Positions 32,253 through 43,136 of a DNA stretch of 64,000 nucleotides are shown here, one piece after another (the stretch's first letter is position 1; every line of letters begins with the position of its first letter). The DNA lies in NCBI GenBank assembly GCA_963662655.2, contig CAXXTU010000002.1:2848001-2912000 (forward strand). Direction: 5' to 3'. The notes under the pieces were generated by a model. That model searched no databases. It had not been told where the DNA came from and saw only the letters and a list, made by a program, of their open reading frames with translations. This DNA is from Candidatus Cloacimonadales bacterium. GTDB lineage: Bacteria; Cloacimonadota; Cloacimonadia; Cloacimonadales; JAIOQZ01. The position numbers were made by a program, and so were the translations under genes.

Positions 32253-32726
32253 ATGGCTGAATACATTACTGAAGAAGGAATGAAGAAACTTCGCCGACGC
32301 ATGAGTCATTTATTGGAAGACGAGCGCCCGGAGGTGATTCGCCAGGTTCAAACAGCCCGTGAAATGGGCGATCTGAGCGAAAACGCCGAGTACCACGCCG
32401 CCCGTGAGAGACAACGTCATATCGATAACGAGCTGGAACACCTGCGCAGACGCCTATCGGTTCTCCAGGTGATTAATCCCGACGACATCCCGAAAGACGC
32501 CGTTCGCTTCGGCGCGTACGTGGACGTCGAGGAAAGCGAAACCGGGAAGCAAGTTCAGTATCGGCTGGTCGGCGTTGATGAAGTGGAAGATACCGGTAGC
32601 GATCTGGTGCTGATTTCCGTCGCGTCTCCTATTGGAAGAGCGATGGTCGGCAAAAAGATAGGCGAAGATTTCATCGTCAAAGCGCCGGTTGGCGATCGTA
32701 AAATGAAGATACTCGATATCAAATAA
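32253..32726 (+). CDS. greA: Transcription elongation factor GreA
   Basis: AREMGDLSENAEYHAARERQ, ISVASPIGRAMVGK. Confidence 0.95.
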   Translation: MAEYITEEGMKKLRRRMSHLLEDERPEVIRQVQTAREMGDLSENAEYHAARERQRHIDNELEHLRRRLSVLQVINPDDIPKDAVRFGAYVDVEESETGKQVQYRLVGVDEVEDTGSDLVLISVASPIGRAMVGKKIGEDFIVKAPVGDRKMKILDIK

Positions 32727-32737
32727 AGGATGATAAC

Positions 32738-34153
32738 ATGAATAAAGAACAAGCGAAAAAACTTACGTACTCCAGAAAGAATTTCTGGGAAGACGCCGAC
32801 AAAAAAGAGAAGCAGAGCGCTCTGGATTTCAACAGAGGCTACAAAGAATTCCTGAACTACTGCAAAACCACGCGCGAAACCGTGCTCTTCGCGGAAAACG
32901 TGCTGCTCGAAAACGGCTTCAAGGATATCTATAACTCGAAATCCGCGAAGAAGGTCTTCGGCGTTTCCAAAGAGAAGAACATCATCGCGGTTCGCTTCGG
33001 CAAGAAGAAAGTCTCCGAAGGCTTGAATATTGTCGCGGCGCACGTGGATACCCCGCATATCGATCTGAAACAATGCCCGGTTTACGAAGACGGTCCTACC
33101 GGATTCGGAATGCTGCGCACGCATTATTATGGCGGAATCAAGAAATATCAGTGGGTCTCTACCCCGCTTGCGCTGCACGGCGTCGTGATCAAAGCGGACG
33201 GCGAGAAAGTTCGCATCTCCATCGGTGAAGATGATGGCGATCCGGTGTTCGTCATGCCGGACTTGCTCCCTCACCTGGCTCACAAAGAACAATACCCCAA
33301 GAAGCTTGACGATGCGGTTGACGCCTCCCGCCTGAACGTTGTGTTCAACACCATGCCGTTCATTTCGGACGACGAAGACGACGACGTGAAGGAAGCAGTG
33401 AAGCTGCAAGCGCTCATCATGCTGAACGAAAAATACGGAATCACCGAGGAAGACCTGATCTCGGCCGAGCTGGAGCTTGTGCCTTCCGGAAAGGCTCGCG
33501 ACTGCGGAATGGACGGAAGCATGGTTCTCGCTTACGGCCAGGACGATCGGGTTTGCTCCTACACGGCGCTTACGGCGCTGCTCGATTCTCCCAAACCGGA
33601 ACACACATCCGTCGTTTATCTGGTGGATAAAGAAGAGATCGGTAACGTGGGCAATACCGGCGCCGATTCGGTCTATCTACTCGACTTCATCTCGGATCTT
33701 CTGGCGTACAACGGTGAGAAAAACGATAGCGTTACGCTGCGTAAAACCCTCATCAACAGCCGGTTCCTCTCAGCGGATGTCAATGCCGCGATCAACCCGA
33801 ACTACCCCAATGTTCTCGAACACGACAACGCCGTGCATCTCGGTTTCGGCGTCGGCATCGCGAAGTATACCGGGTCCCGCGGAAAGGGCGGCACAAACGA
33901 CGCGAACGCGGAGTTTGTGGGCCAGGTAACGCGCCTGTTCAATCAGGAGAAGGTTTTCTGGCAAACGGGTGAACTCGGCAAGGTGGATGAAGGCGGCGGC
34001 GGAACCATCGCTCGCAAGCTTGCCGATTACGGCTCGGAAGTGATCGACTGCGGCCCCGGTGTCCTGGGAATGCACTCGTTATACGAACTGACCAGCAAAG
34101 CGGACGTCTATTCGACTTACCGCGCATATAAAGCATTTTTCGAGAAGGCGTAA
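32738..34153 (+). CDS. M18 family aminopeptidase
   Basis: AHVDTP, THYYGGIKKYQW, GQDDRVC, DKEEIG, SADV, GGGGTI, GMHS. Confidence 0.92.
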   Translation: MNKEQAKKLTYSRKNFWEDADKKEKQSALDFNRGYKEFLNYCKTTRETVLFAENVLLENGFKDIYNSKSAKKVFGVSKEKNIIAVRFGKKKVSEGLNIVAAHVDTPHIDLKQCPVYEDGPTGFGMLRTHYYGGIKKYQWVSTPLALHGVVIKADGEKVRISIGEDDGDPVFVMPDLLPHLAHKEQYPKKLDDAVDASRLNVVFNTMPFISDDEDDDVKEAVKLQALIMLNEKYGITEEDLISAELELVPSGKARDCGMDGSMVLAYGQDDRVCSYTALTALLDSPKPEHTSVVYLVDKEEIGNVGNTGADSVYLLDFISDLLAYNGEKNDSVTLRKTLINSRFLSADVNAAINPNYPNVLEHDNAVHLGFGVGIAKYTGSRGKGGTNDANAEFVGQVTRLFNQEKVFWQTGELGKVDEGGGGTIARKLADYGSEVIDCGPGVLGMHSLYELTSKADVYSTYRAYKAFFEKA

Positions 34154-34154
34154 C

Positions 34155-34910
34155 GTGAAGATTCAATTGCTCGTCGCGTTGCTGGTTCTGGCGCTCTTCC
34201 TCGGGTGCTCCAACACGGCTGTCCTCGAAAAGCGGATTGCCGAGAACGAGAAGCGTCTCGAAAACCTCGGTATCGATGTTAGCGACAACACCATGAAGAT
34301 CAACAACATCGAGCCTTCGGAAGCCGGAACGGTACGAAATGCCGAACCTGAACCCGATAACGGGCAATTGAAACAACGCATCGAACGACTCGAGAGAGAC
34401 ATCGTCGATCTCAAGCGTGAATTACGGTCGATCCAATCGCGGGAAGCGGACACCTTTACCAGATTCGCTCAGCCGGAGGCGGTTGAGGATAAAAAGGCGG
34501 AGCCGAAGATCGAGAGAACGGTTGAACCAGCGCCGTCTCAAGTGGAAATTCAGTATCAGGCGGCACGCGAGCTTTACCTGAAACGTAAATACGATGCCGC
34601 CATCCTGAGTTTTCAAGAGCTGATCAGTCGCTACCCGACCAACGACCTTGCTGCCAACGCGCAGTACTGGATCGGCGAATGCTTCTACGATCGCGATTCC
34701 TTCGTGAAGGCGATCGACGAATTCCAGAAGGTGATCGATTTCTACCCGACCTCGAAGAAAGCGCCGGACGCGCAGCTCAAGGTTGGGCTTTGTTACCAGC
34801 AATTGGGCAAGGTCGAACAAGCGCGCTTGGAAATCCAGCGCATCGGCAAGATGTATCCCAATTACGAACGCAAAGAGCTGATCGAAAAGATTCTGAAGGA
34901 TATGCAATGA
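34155..34910 (+). CDS. cpoB: Tol-Pal YbgF/CpoB-like TPR lipoprotein
   Basis: Lipobox FLGC, coiled coil, LAANAQYWIGECFY, SKKAPDAQLKVG. Confidence 0.8.
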   Translation: MKIQLLVALLVLALFLGCSNTAVLEKRIAENEKRLENLGIDVSDNTMKINNIEPSEAGTVRNAEPEPDNGQLKQRIERLERDIVDLKRELRSIQSREADTFTRFAQPEAVEDKKAEPKIERTVEPAPSQVEIQYQAARELYLKRKYDAAILSFQELISRYPTNDLAANAQYWIGECFYDRDSFVKAIDEFQKVIDFYPTSKKAPDAQLKVGLCYQQLGKVEQARLEIQRIGKMYPNYERKELIEKILKDMQ

Positions 34911-35419
34911 GAATTCTGAGCTTCCTCGCTGTGTTTCTGCTGCTGATTTCGCCACTTTTTGGTGAAAACGAGGTTCTATCTCCGGTAACGGATCAGGACG
35001 ACGCGGATATGATCGCATTGCGCCTGATCGAAGTGCTGGATATCGATATTCCGCAGCAGCGTCAGCTCTCATTGCAGATCGATGCCGGCCCATACACGGA
35101 CGCGCTCTACACGAAGCTCACGGAGTATTTCTTACAATCGGACGTGCAGGTATTGAACCGCGCTATGCCGGAATGCCTCGTGCTCCGGGTAATGTTCACG
35201 GGAATCGAGTTCCCCGGGGGGCGCGACGTTGACGTCGCGGGATTCACGCTGGAGCTCTCCGAAAACGACACCAGCCGGATACTGGATATCCAGTCGATCA
35301 AGCTTGATGTGGCGAAGTCGGAGAATTCGGATGACTCCACGATGCACTGGTACGATCCGGTTATCATCACCTCGATCGTGGGTGGATTGTTGTATATATT
35401 CTATTACGGAAATCAATAA
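34907..35419 (+). CDS. Hypothetical exported protein with C-terminal TM
   Basis: ATGA overlap with upstream gene; signal peptide; WYDPVIITSIVGGLLYIFY. Confidence 0.7.
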   Translation: MRILSFLAVFLLLISPLFGENEVLSPVTDQDDADMIALRLIEVLDIDIPQQRQLSLQIDAGPYTDALYTKLTEYFLQSDVQVLNRAMPECLVLRVMFTGIEFPGGRDVDVAGFTLELSENDTSRILDIQSIKLDVAKSENSDDSTMHWYDPVIITSIVGGLLYIFYYGNQ

Positions 35420-35427
35420 GGAATGTT

Positions 35428-36174
35428 ATGGTAAAGTATCTGTCAATACTACTGGTTGCAGCCACGATACTGGCCGGTTGCAGCAATGCCGATAAAATCG
35501 CAAGGATGCCTGTCGAAGAAAAGATGCGCATCGGTAACGAAGAATACGCCGACGAAGATTGGGACGACGCGATCGATTATTTCAAGTCCGTCGTCTTCGA
35601 GAGAAACGCGGCATTCACACCGGAAGCTCAGCTCAAGCTCGCCAATTGCTATTTCTTCCAGAAGGAATACACCGACGCGCGTTTCGAGTACGAAGAGCTG
35701 ATTCGGCTGTTCCCGGATTACAGAAATCTGGAAGACGCGTTCTTCAATATCGGAATATGCTATTACGAGGAATCGTTGCCTCCGCAATACACCCAGGAAG
35801 AGACCGACAGCGCGATCGAAGCGTTCGAGATTTTCCTGGAGAAATACCCGTTCAGCGAGCGACGCCAGGAAGCGATCGACTATATCGAGAAATGCGGCGA
35901 GAAGCTCTGGATCAAGACCTACTACAACGGATACATCTACTTCATGATGTACGATTACAGCGCAGCGCTCATGTATCTTGACGAGGTTACAGACGCCGCC
36001 CGGTTCGATAAATACGACCGGAAAGCCTGGTACTACAAGGCCCGTATCTATCTCAAGCGTGAAGACAAGCTGAACGCGAAGATTACCGTAGATAAACTCG
36101 TGAAACGCTATCCTGATTCATCTGAAGCCAGGAGGATGAAAGAAAAGCTGGATATACTTCTGGCAAAAGACTAA
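35428..36174 (+). CDS. bamD: Outer membrane assembly lipoprotein BamD
   Basis: Lipobox LAGC; TPRs; QEETDSAIEAFEIFLEKYPFS. Confidence 0.85.
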   Translation: MVKYLSILLVAATILAGCSNADKIARMPVEEKMRIGNEEYADEDWDDAIDYFKSVVFERNAAFTPEAQLKLANCYFFQKEYTDARFEYEELIRLFPDYRNLEDAFFNIGICYYEESLPPQYTQEETDSAIEAFEIFLEKYPFSERRQEAIDYIEKCGEKLWIKTYYNGYIYFMMYDYSAALMYLDEVTDAARFDKYDRKAWYYKARIYLKREDKLNAKITVDKLVKRYPDSSEARRMKEKLDILLAKD

Positions 36175-36197
36175 CACAAACGATTGTCGGGTATGAG

Positions 36198-36797
36198 ATG
36201 ATGCTTCAAGCCGGAAAACACGAACGGGTGAAACTTGGTTTTCTCGGAGGAACGTTCAACCCGATTCACAACGGTCATATCGCTGCGGCACTGAACGCAA
36301 TCGAATGCCTGGGGCTTTCGAAGGTGATTATGCTGCCAAATAGCACGCCCCCCCACAAGGGTGACGACGAGCTGCTGCCCTTCGCCGTTCGCTATCGCCT
36401 GATCGAAGAATCCATCCGCGAATACCCGCAATTGGAGGTCAGCGATCTCGATAACACGCATTCGGACAAGAGTTACACCTATCACCTTCTTCAACGGCTG
36501 AAAGAAAGCTATCCCGCGGCCGATTTCTTCTTCATCATCGGTACCGACAACATCCGGAAATTGAAGACGTGGTACCGCTACGAAGAACTTCTCCGGGAGA
36601 TTACCTTCGCCGTGGTTACGCGCAACACGAATGACGACAATCTTGAAGACAAACCGGACTATTACGACAGGATGGTGTTTCTTCCCATGCAGCCTGTGGA
36701 CATCTCGTCGACGGATATCCGTAACCTGATACGAAAAGGTAAAGACATCACCGGTTTCGTGCCGGGGGCGGTCGCGAAGTACTTTGATAAATCATGA
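36198..36797 (+). CDS. nadD: Nicotinate-nucleotide adenylyltransferase
   Basis: GGTFNPIHNGH, PPHK, IIGTDN, ISSTDIR. Confidence 0.93.
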   Translation: MMLQAGKHERVKLGFLGGTFNPIHNGHIAAALNAIECLGLSKVIMLPNSTPPHKGDDELLPFAVRYRLIEESIREYPQLEVSDLDNTHSDKSYTYHLLQRLKESYPAADFFFIIGTDNIRKLKTWYRYEELLREITFAVVTRNTNDDNLEDKPDYYDRMVFLPMQPVDISSTDIRNLIRKGKDITGFVPGAVAKYFDKS

Positions 36798-37861
36798 ACA
36801 AGAAAAGAGATAAGAAAAAGTTTACACGACAGAACATCCGACTGCGGAACCTGGCAGCGGACGACCTCGACGCGTTTTACGTGGAGGATATCCACGAAGA
36901 AAAGCGCGCCAGCAAGAAGGAGGTCGAGCGAGCCCACAAGACGCTAAAGTCGGATATTGAGCTCGCAAGGGGGAGAGTCCTCGAGGTGCTTTCCAACCAC
37001 ATGGCGATGGTTGAGCTTGATGGAGTAAGTCAGCAGTGCATCATCGGCGGAAGGTTGAAGAACTTGAACTTCGAAACCCGCAGTCTGTTGTTTGCCGGCG
37101 ACTGGGTGAGCGTGGATCGATCCATGGAAGAGCCCCGCATCGAGGAGATTCTTCCGCGAGAGAATTCGCTTTCCCGTTTCTCGGAGGACGGCTTCCAGAA
37201 GGAGATCGTCGTTGCCGCGAATATCGATCAGGTGGTTGTAACTTGCTCGTGGGCTCAACCGGAGCTGCGATTGGGTCTCCTGGACCGATACCTTTGCAGC
37301 GCGGAGATATCGGAAATCGAGCCGGTGATCTGCGTGAACAAAATTGATCTGGCCGAGTCGGAAGACGAGGCCAGGGAGGCGTTCGCGTATTATGAGCAGA
37401 GTGGGTACCCCGTGTTCTACACCTCCGTGAAAGAGGGCATCGGAATCGAAGCGCTTCGCAAGCGGATGATCGGTAAGCAGACGGTGTTTTCCGGCCACTC
37501 GGGTGTGGGGAAGACGTCGCTGATCAACAGCCTGCACCCCACATACAGCGCGGAGGTATCTCATATCAGCGAATCGACGGGCAAGGGACGGCACACGACC
37601 ACCCGAACATGCCTGATACCGTTCGAATTCGGGGGATATCTCGTGGATACGCCCGGAATTAAAACGTTTGGCTTGCACCGGAGCGATCAGGAAGAACTGC
37701 CCCGCGTGTTCCCGGGATTCACCCGGTACGCTGCGGGATGCAGATTCAACGATTGCACGCATACGCACGAGACCCAGTGCGGCGTTCTCGATGCGCTTGA
37801 ACGCGGCGAAATCCCGCGTGAAAGGTACGAATCTTACCTAAGGATTATGGAATCGCTATGA
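36794..37861 (+). CDS. rsgA: Ribosome small subunit-dependent GTPase A
   Basis: AANIDQ, NKIDL, GHSGVGKTSLIN, GRHTT, DTPG, CRFNDCTHTHETQC. Confidence 0.95.
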   Translation: MNKKRDKKKFTRQNIRLRNLAADDLDAFYVEDIHEEKRASKKEVERAHKTLKSDIELARGRVLEVLSNHMAMVELDGVSQQCIIGGRLKNLNFETRSLLFAGDWVSVDRSMEEPRIEEILPRENSLSRFSEDGFQKEIVVAANIDQVVVTCSWAQPELRLGLLDRYLCSAEISEIEPVICVNKIDLAESEDEAREAFAYYEQSGYPVFYTSVKEGIGIEALRKRMIGKQTVFSGHSGVGKTSLINSLHPTYSAEVSHISESTGKGRHTTTRTCLIPFEFGGYLVDTPGIKTFGLHRSDQEELPRVFPGFTRYAAGCRFNDCTHTHETQCGVLDALERGEIPRERYESYLRIMESL

Positions 37862-38721
37862 CAAAACGTGTTGGTGTCTTTATTAATCCGTTCTATCCCA
37901 GGCCAGCGCTCATCACCGACGAGCTGAGGAGCCTGATCGATAAAATACCCATAGAGCTTTACGGCTCCATCGAGCAAAAAGATATTCTGCCTGATTTCAT
38001 TCCGGCCCTCACCGACGAGCAGGCAAAACAGAAGAACCTCGACTGGATTTTCGTTTTTGGTGGGGATGGAACGATCCTGCGTTCCGTGAAGTTCTCGTTG
38101 GCCACCGATACCCCAATTCTGGGCGTGAATTTAGGTCGACTGGGCTTCCTCTCCGATGTCTCGCTCGAGGAGCTATCCAAATCGGTGCGCAAGCTGTTCG
38201 ACGGGAAATATACCATCCAGGAGCGCATGATGCTCCGCGCGAATGTGCGCAGAGGTGGAGTCTGTATCTACAGCGATTGGGCGCTCAATGACATCGTCGT
38301 CCACAAGGGGCGCATCCCCACGTTGATTGAAATCCGCCTCAGCGTGAATCGCCGGTTTGTCCTTGAAGCTCGCTGCGACGGCATGATTGCCAGCAGCCCC
38401 ACGGGCTCTACGGCGTATTCGATTTCGGCCGGCGGACCCATTCTCTCGCCCGTGATGGAAGCGATCATCGTTTCCCCGCTCAATCCGCACATCCTCTCGG
38501 TCCGACCCATGCTCTTCGGTCCCGAAGATACCGTAGGATTCCGCCTGACCCGTACGCACGGGGTGGCAACGCTCCAACTGGACGGACGCAACGTGCTGGA
38601 AGTGCAGGATCGCGATGATATCCTCATCAGCAGAGCGGCCAAGAAAGTGCGGTTCGTGAAGCTCTCAAACAAGACTTTTTATCAGATTCTTCGTAAAAAA
38701 ATGCACATGGGTAGAGTATGA
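37858..38721 (+). CDS. nadK: NAD kinase
   Basis: GGDGTIL, NLGRLGFL, ALND, SPTGSTAYSISAGGPIL. Confidence 0.95.
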   Translation: MTKRVGVFINPFYPRPALITDELRSLIDKIPIELYGSIEQKDILPDFIPALTDEQAKQKNLDWIFVFGGDGTILRSVKFSLATDTPILGVNLGRLGFLSDVSLEELSKSVRKLFDGKYTIQERMMLRANVRRGGVCIYSDWALNDIVVHKGRIPTLIEIRLSVNRRFVLEARCDGMIASSPTGSTAYSISAGGPILSPVMEAIIVSPLNPHILSVRPMLFGPEDTVGFRLTRTHGVATLQLDGRNVLEVQDRDDILISRAAKKVRFVKLSNKTFYQILRKKMHMGRV

Positions 38722-40412
38722 TTACCTCACTGAGAATCAAGAATTTCATTCTGGTTCGCGATCTCCATCTCGAGTTCGAAGAAGGACTTCACGTCCTCAC
38801 CGGCGAAACCGGAGCCGGTAAATCGGTGATTGCAGGAGCTATCGGAGTTATCATGGGAGCGCCCATCCGTGCGGAGATGCTCTTCGATCCGAAGAAACCG
38901 GCGATGCTCGAAGCGGCCTTCAAGCCCGATACCGACGATCTCGAACTGAAATCGTTGATGCAGAAGCACGATGTCGAGCTCTCGGACGGCGAAATATTCT
39001 TCAGCAAGGAGATTTCCGCCAACCGGACCGGTAAGAGCTTCATCAACGGAAGGCGTGTAACTGCATCCATTATTCGGGATTTTCGCGGCTGCCTCATCGA
39101 CTACAGTCGCCAGAGCGATCAATCGCTTCTCTTCGACGTAAAGCACCAGCTCGATGTGCTGGATCGTTACGGGGAGTTGGTGCCGGTACGCGATGCGTAC
39201 CTGAGAGTCTACAACGATACACTCGCGCTTCGCAGGACGCTCCGGCGGATGCTGGAGGAGGAAGCGGCGCAACGAGAAAGGATATCTCTTTACAAGTACC
39301 AACTCGAGGAGCTGCAAGCGCTCGATCTGGAGCGGGGAGAGGATGAGCGACTTCAGGCGGAGCTCAATCTGCTTACACACGCTGAGGACATCCAGCGGAT
39401 CGCGGACGAGATCGAGCAGGAAATGTTCGAGTCGGAAAACTCCGTTTTCGACAAGGTGCAGACCTACCTCAAGTCGCTTTCACAGTACGAGGATGACAAC
39501 AAGGGAATCGAGAACGCCGCCATCGCGCTGCGGGATGCGCTGGCAAATCTTGATGCGGCGGTCGGAGAGATGCGCGAGGTTCGGGAATCCCTGGATACGG
39601 ATCAAAAACGCCTCGAGGAAGTCGAAGAGCGCATCAACCAGATTAATCTCATTAAGCAGAAATATCACTGTGATCTGGATGGTATTTTCGATTATCGGGA
39701 GAAGATCGGCAACGAGATCGAAAGCTATTCTTCGCACACGGCTGAGATCGAGAAGGTTGGGAAGAATCTGCGTGATTCCGAGAACGCGCTCGCGAAACAA
39801 GCGCTGGAGCTCTCGAAGAAGAGAAAAGCCTGCGCGAAGTCGTTCAGCAAACAGCTCGCGTCCGATCTCAAGCGTCTCGCCATTCCCGAAGCCTCCTTCG
39901 ATATCGAGTTTATCGAGAAGAAAGAAGGGGCGGATGATCGCTACTCGAATACGGGTGTCGATCAGGTGGAATTCCTCTTCTCGGCGAACCGCGGCGTAAA
40001 GGTGAATCCCCTGCGACAGGTGGCCTCGGGCGGCGAGCTCTCACGCGTTCATCTCACGATCATGAAAATACTTGCGGAAAAGGATACCGGCAAGACCATC
40101 ATCTTCGACGAGGTCGATACGGGTATCGGAGGAAAGACGGGTGATGTGCTGGGAGAGTACATCCGGGATATCAGCGATTTTCATCAAATAATTTGCATTA
40201 CGCACCTTCCGCAGATCGCCTCCTACGCAAAAAACCACCTGGCAATAGAAAAAGTTATTGACTCTGAACATACCGAGATTGAAATAAGAAATTTAGACAA
40301 CGATGGCAGTGTAAGGGAGATTGCGCGCATGTTGTCTGGGGGTGAGAGTTCTCTCGCACTTGAACACGCAAAGGAATTACTAATGAAAAATAAGAGAGGA
40401 AAGAATGATTAG
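38718..40412 (+). CDS. recN: DNA repair protein RecN
   Basis: TGETGAGKS, coiled coil, VASGGELSR, IFDEVDTGIGG, ITHLPQIA; follows nadK. Confidence 0.95.
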   Translation: MITSLRIKNFILVRDLHLEFEEGLHVLTGETGAGKSVIAGAIGVIMGAPIRAEMLFDPKKPAMLEAAFKPDTDDLELKSLMQKHDVELSDGEIFFSKEISANRTGKSFINGRRVTASIIRDFRGCLIDYSRQSDQSLLFDVKHQLDVLDRYGELVPVRDAYLRVYNDTLALRRTLRRMLEEEAAQRERISLYKYQLEELQALDLERGEDERLQAELNLLTHAEDIQRIADEIEQEMFESENSVFDKVQTYLKSLSQYEDDNKGIENAAIALRDALANLDAAVGEMREVRESLDTDQKRLEEVEERINQINLIKQKYHCDLDGIFDYREKIGNEIESYSSHTAEIEKVGKNLRDSENALAKQALELSKKRKACAKSFSKQLASDLKRLAIPEASFDIEFIEKKEGADDRYSNTGVDQVEFLFSANRGVKVNPLRQVASGGELSRVHLTIMKILAEKDTGKTIIFDEVDTGIGGKTGDVLGEYIRDISDFHQIICITHLPQIASYAKNHLAIEKVIDSEHTEIEIRNLDNDGSVREIARMLSGGESSLALEHAKELLMKNKRGKND

Positions 40413-41328
40413 TTTAAGGCGAAAATACAAAATGTATATCGTTATCGGTATCGTTTTACTTTCCATTTTTATCGCACTGAGATTTTCAAACATAATGGAA
40501 GTTTTTGGAAAGAAACCCGTGACGAACCTCGATAAGGCCAAGCCTTCCAAAGAGTTCGAAGAGATGGAAAATTTCCGGAAAGTCCAGATATCGTATACGG
40601 TTAAAGATTACAGCGCCTTCATGAGTGAAATCAGCCAGCTGTACAGCGATTACGCGATCGACGAACTCGATTCGGAAAGAAAAGGCAATTATCACCTTTT
40701 CATCATCAATTTCCCGGATTCTGTGGCCACTGAAATTGTGGCAAAGCTTCGCGCGATACCTGGCAGCCAGGATGTTCAGATCGAAACGCGCCAGGTTCCA
40801 CCGCCACTCAATATCGAAGATCATAAGACAAACCTCGAGTTTACAAAGGAACGGTATCAACGTAGTATGGAAGTTACCGCAACCGCGGACAATCTCTCGC
40901 GCTTGCAATCCCAGATGGGGCGCGTACAGGCTTCTATCGATAGTTTGAATCTTGTTGAAGAACGCTACAAACACAACAAAGAAACGTCCGCGGCGCTCGT
41001 GAAGGTCTCGATCATCGCTTCAGCGGGTATGTCCGTGGCACAGAAGGTACTTTCATTCGTAAAGAACTTCGTTCTCGCGTTCCTGTTCCTTACGGTTCTG
41101 TTCTTCCTCATCTACTTCGGTCTCTCGATCATGCTCCGGCTCATGTCGTACTTCGGAATTCACACATCGCGTTCGTCCGGCTCTGGTGGCTATAATTACT
41201 ATAGCAAGAAAGGTTACGGAAGTTATGGCGGTTACGGCGGCTATGGCGGTTATGGATCGTATGGAAGACGCCGCAAGGTGAAGAGAGTCTACAAAAACAA
41301 AGACGAAGATTCGAAGGACAAGGAATAG
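40405..41328 (+). CDS. Hypothetical membrane protein (DUF4349-like topology) with Tyr/Gly-repeat tail
   Basis: N-terminal TM, coiled coil, C-terminal TM, then GYGSYGGYGGYGGYGSYG. Confidence 0.65.
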   Translation: MISLRRKYKMYIVIGIVLLSIFIALRFSNIMEVFGKKPVTNLDKAKPSKEFEEMENFRKVQISYTVKDYSAFMSEISQLYSDYAIDELDSERKGNYHLFIINFPDSVATEIVAKLRAIPGSQDVQIETRQVPPPLNIEDHKTNLEFTKERYQRSMEVTATADNLSRLQSQMGRVQASIDSLNLVEERYKHNKETSAALVKVSIIASAGMSVAQKVLSFVKNFVLAFLFLTVLFFLIYFGLSIMLRLMSYFGIHTSRSSGSGGYNYYSKKGYGSYGGYGGYGGYGSYGRRRKVKRVYKNKDEDSKDKE

Positions 41329-41330
41329 AA

Positions 41331-42882
<1,552 letters not shown>

Positions 42883-42933
42883 AATATCATAATAAGCATT
42901 TAGCGTTTCGTTCGATATCGGACAGAGCGCGGT

Positions 42934-42984
42934 AAACAGCTCTCGATATTCGCCTTGTGCGAACCTGAACTCGAGAGCTGTTTT
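42934..42984 (+). terminator. Hairpin after eno, probable terminator
   Basis: 13-bp inverted repeat AAACAGCTCTCGA / TCGAGAGCTGTTT. Confidence 0.55.
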
Positions 42985-43136
42985 ATTATGAGCCTTGCTC
43001 CTTCTGATTGCAATTCAGGATTGTCTGGCAGGGTTTGTGCATCTATATTATGATAGGAGATTCTGTAAAAGCTGGTGCTGTGAATATCTTGGTTGACAGG
43101 GAATCGCGTCGCTAGGATATTATAATCCGATGGAGA

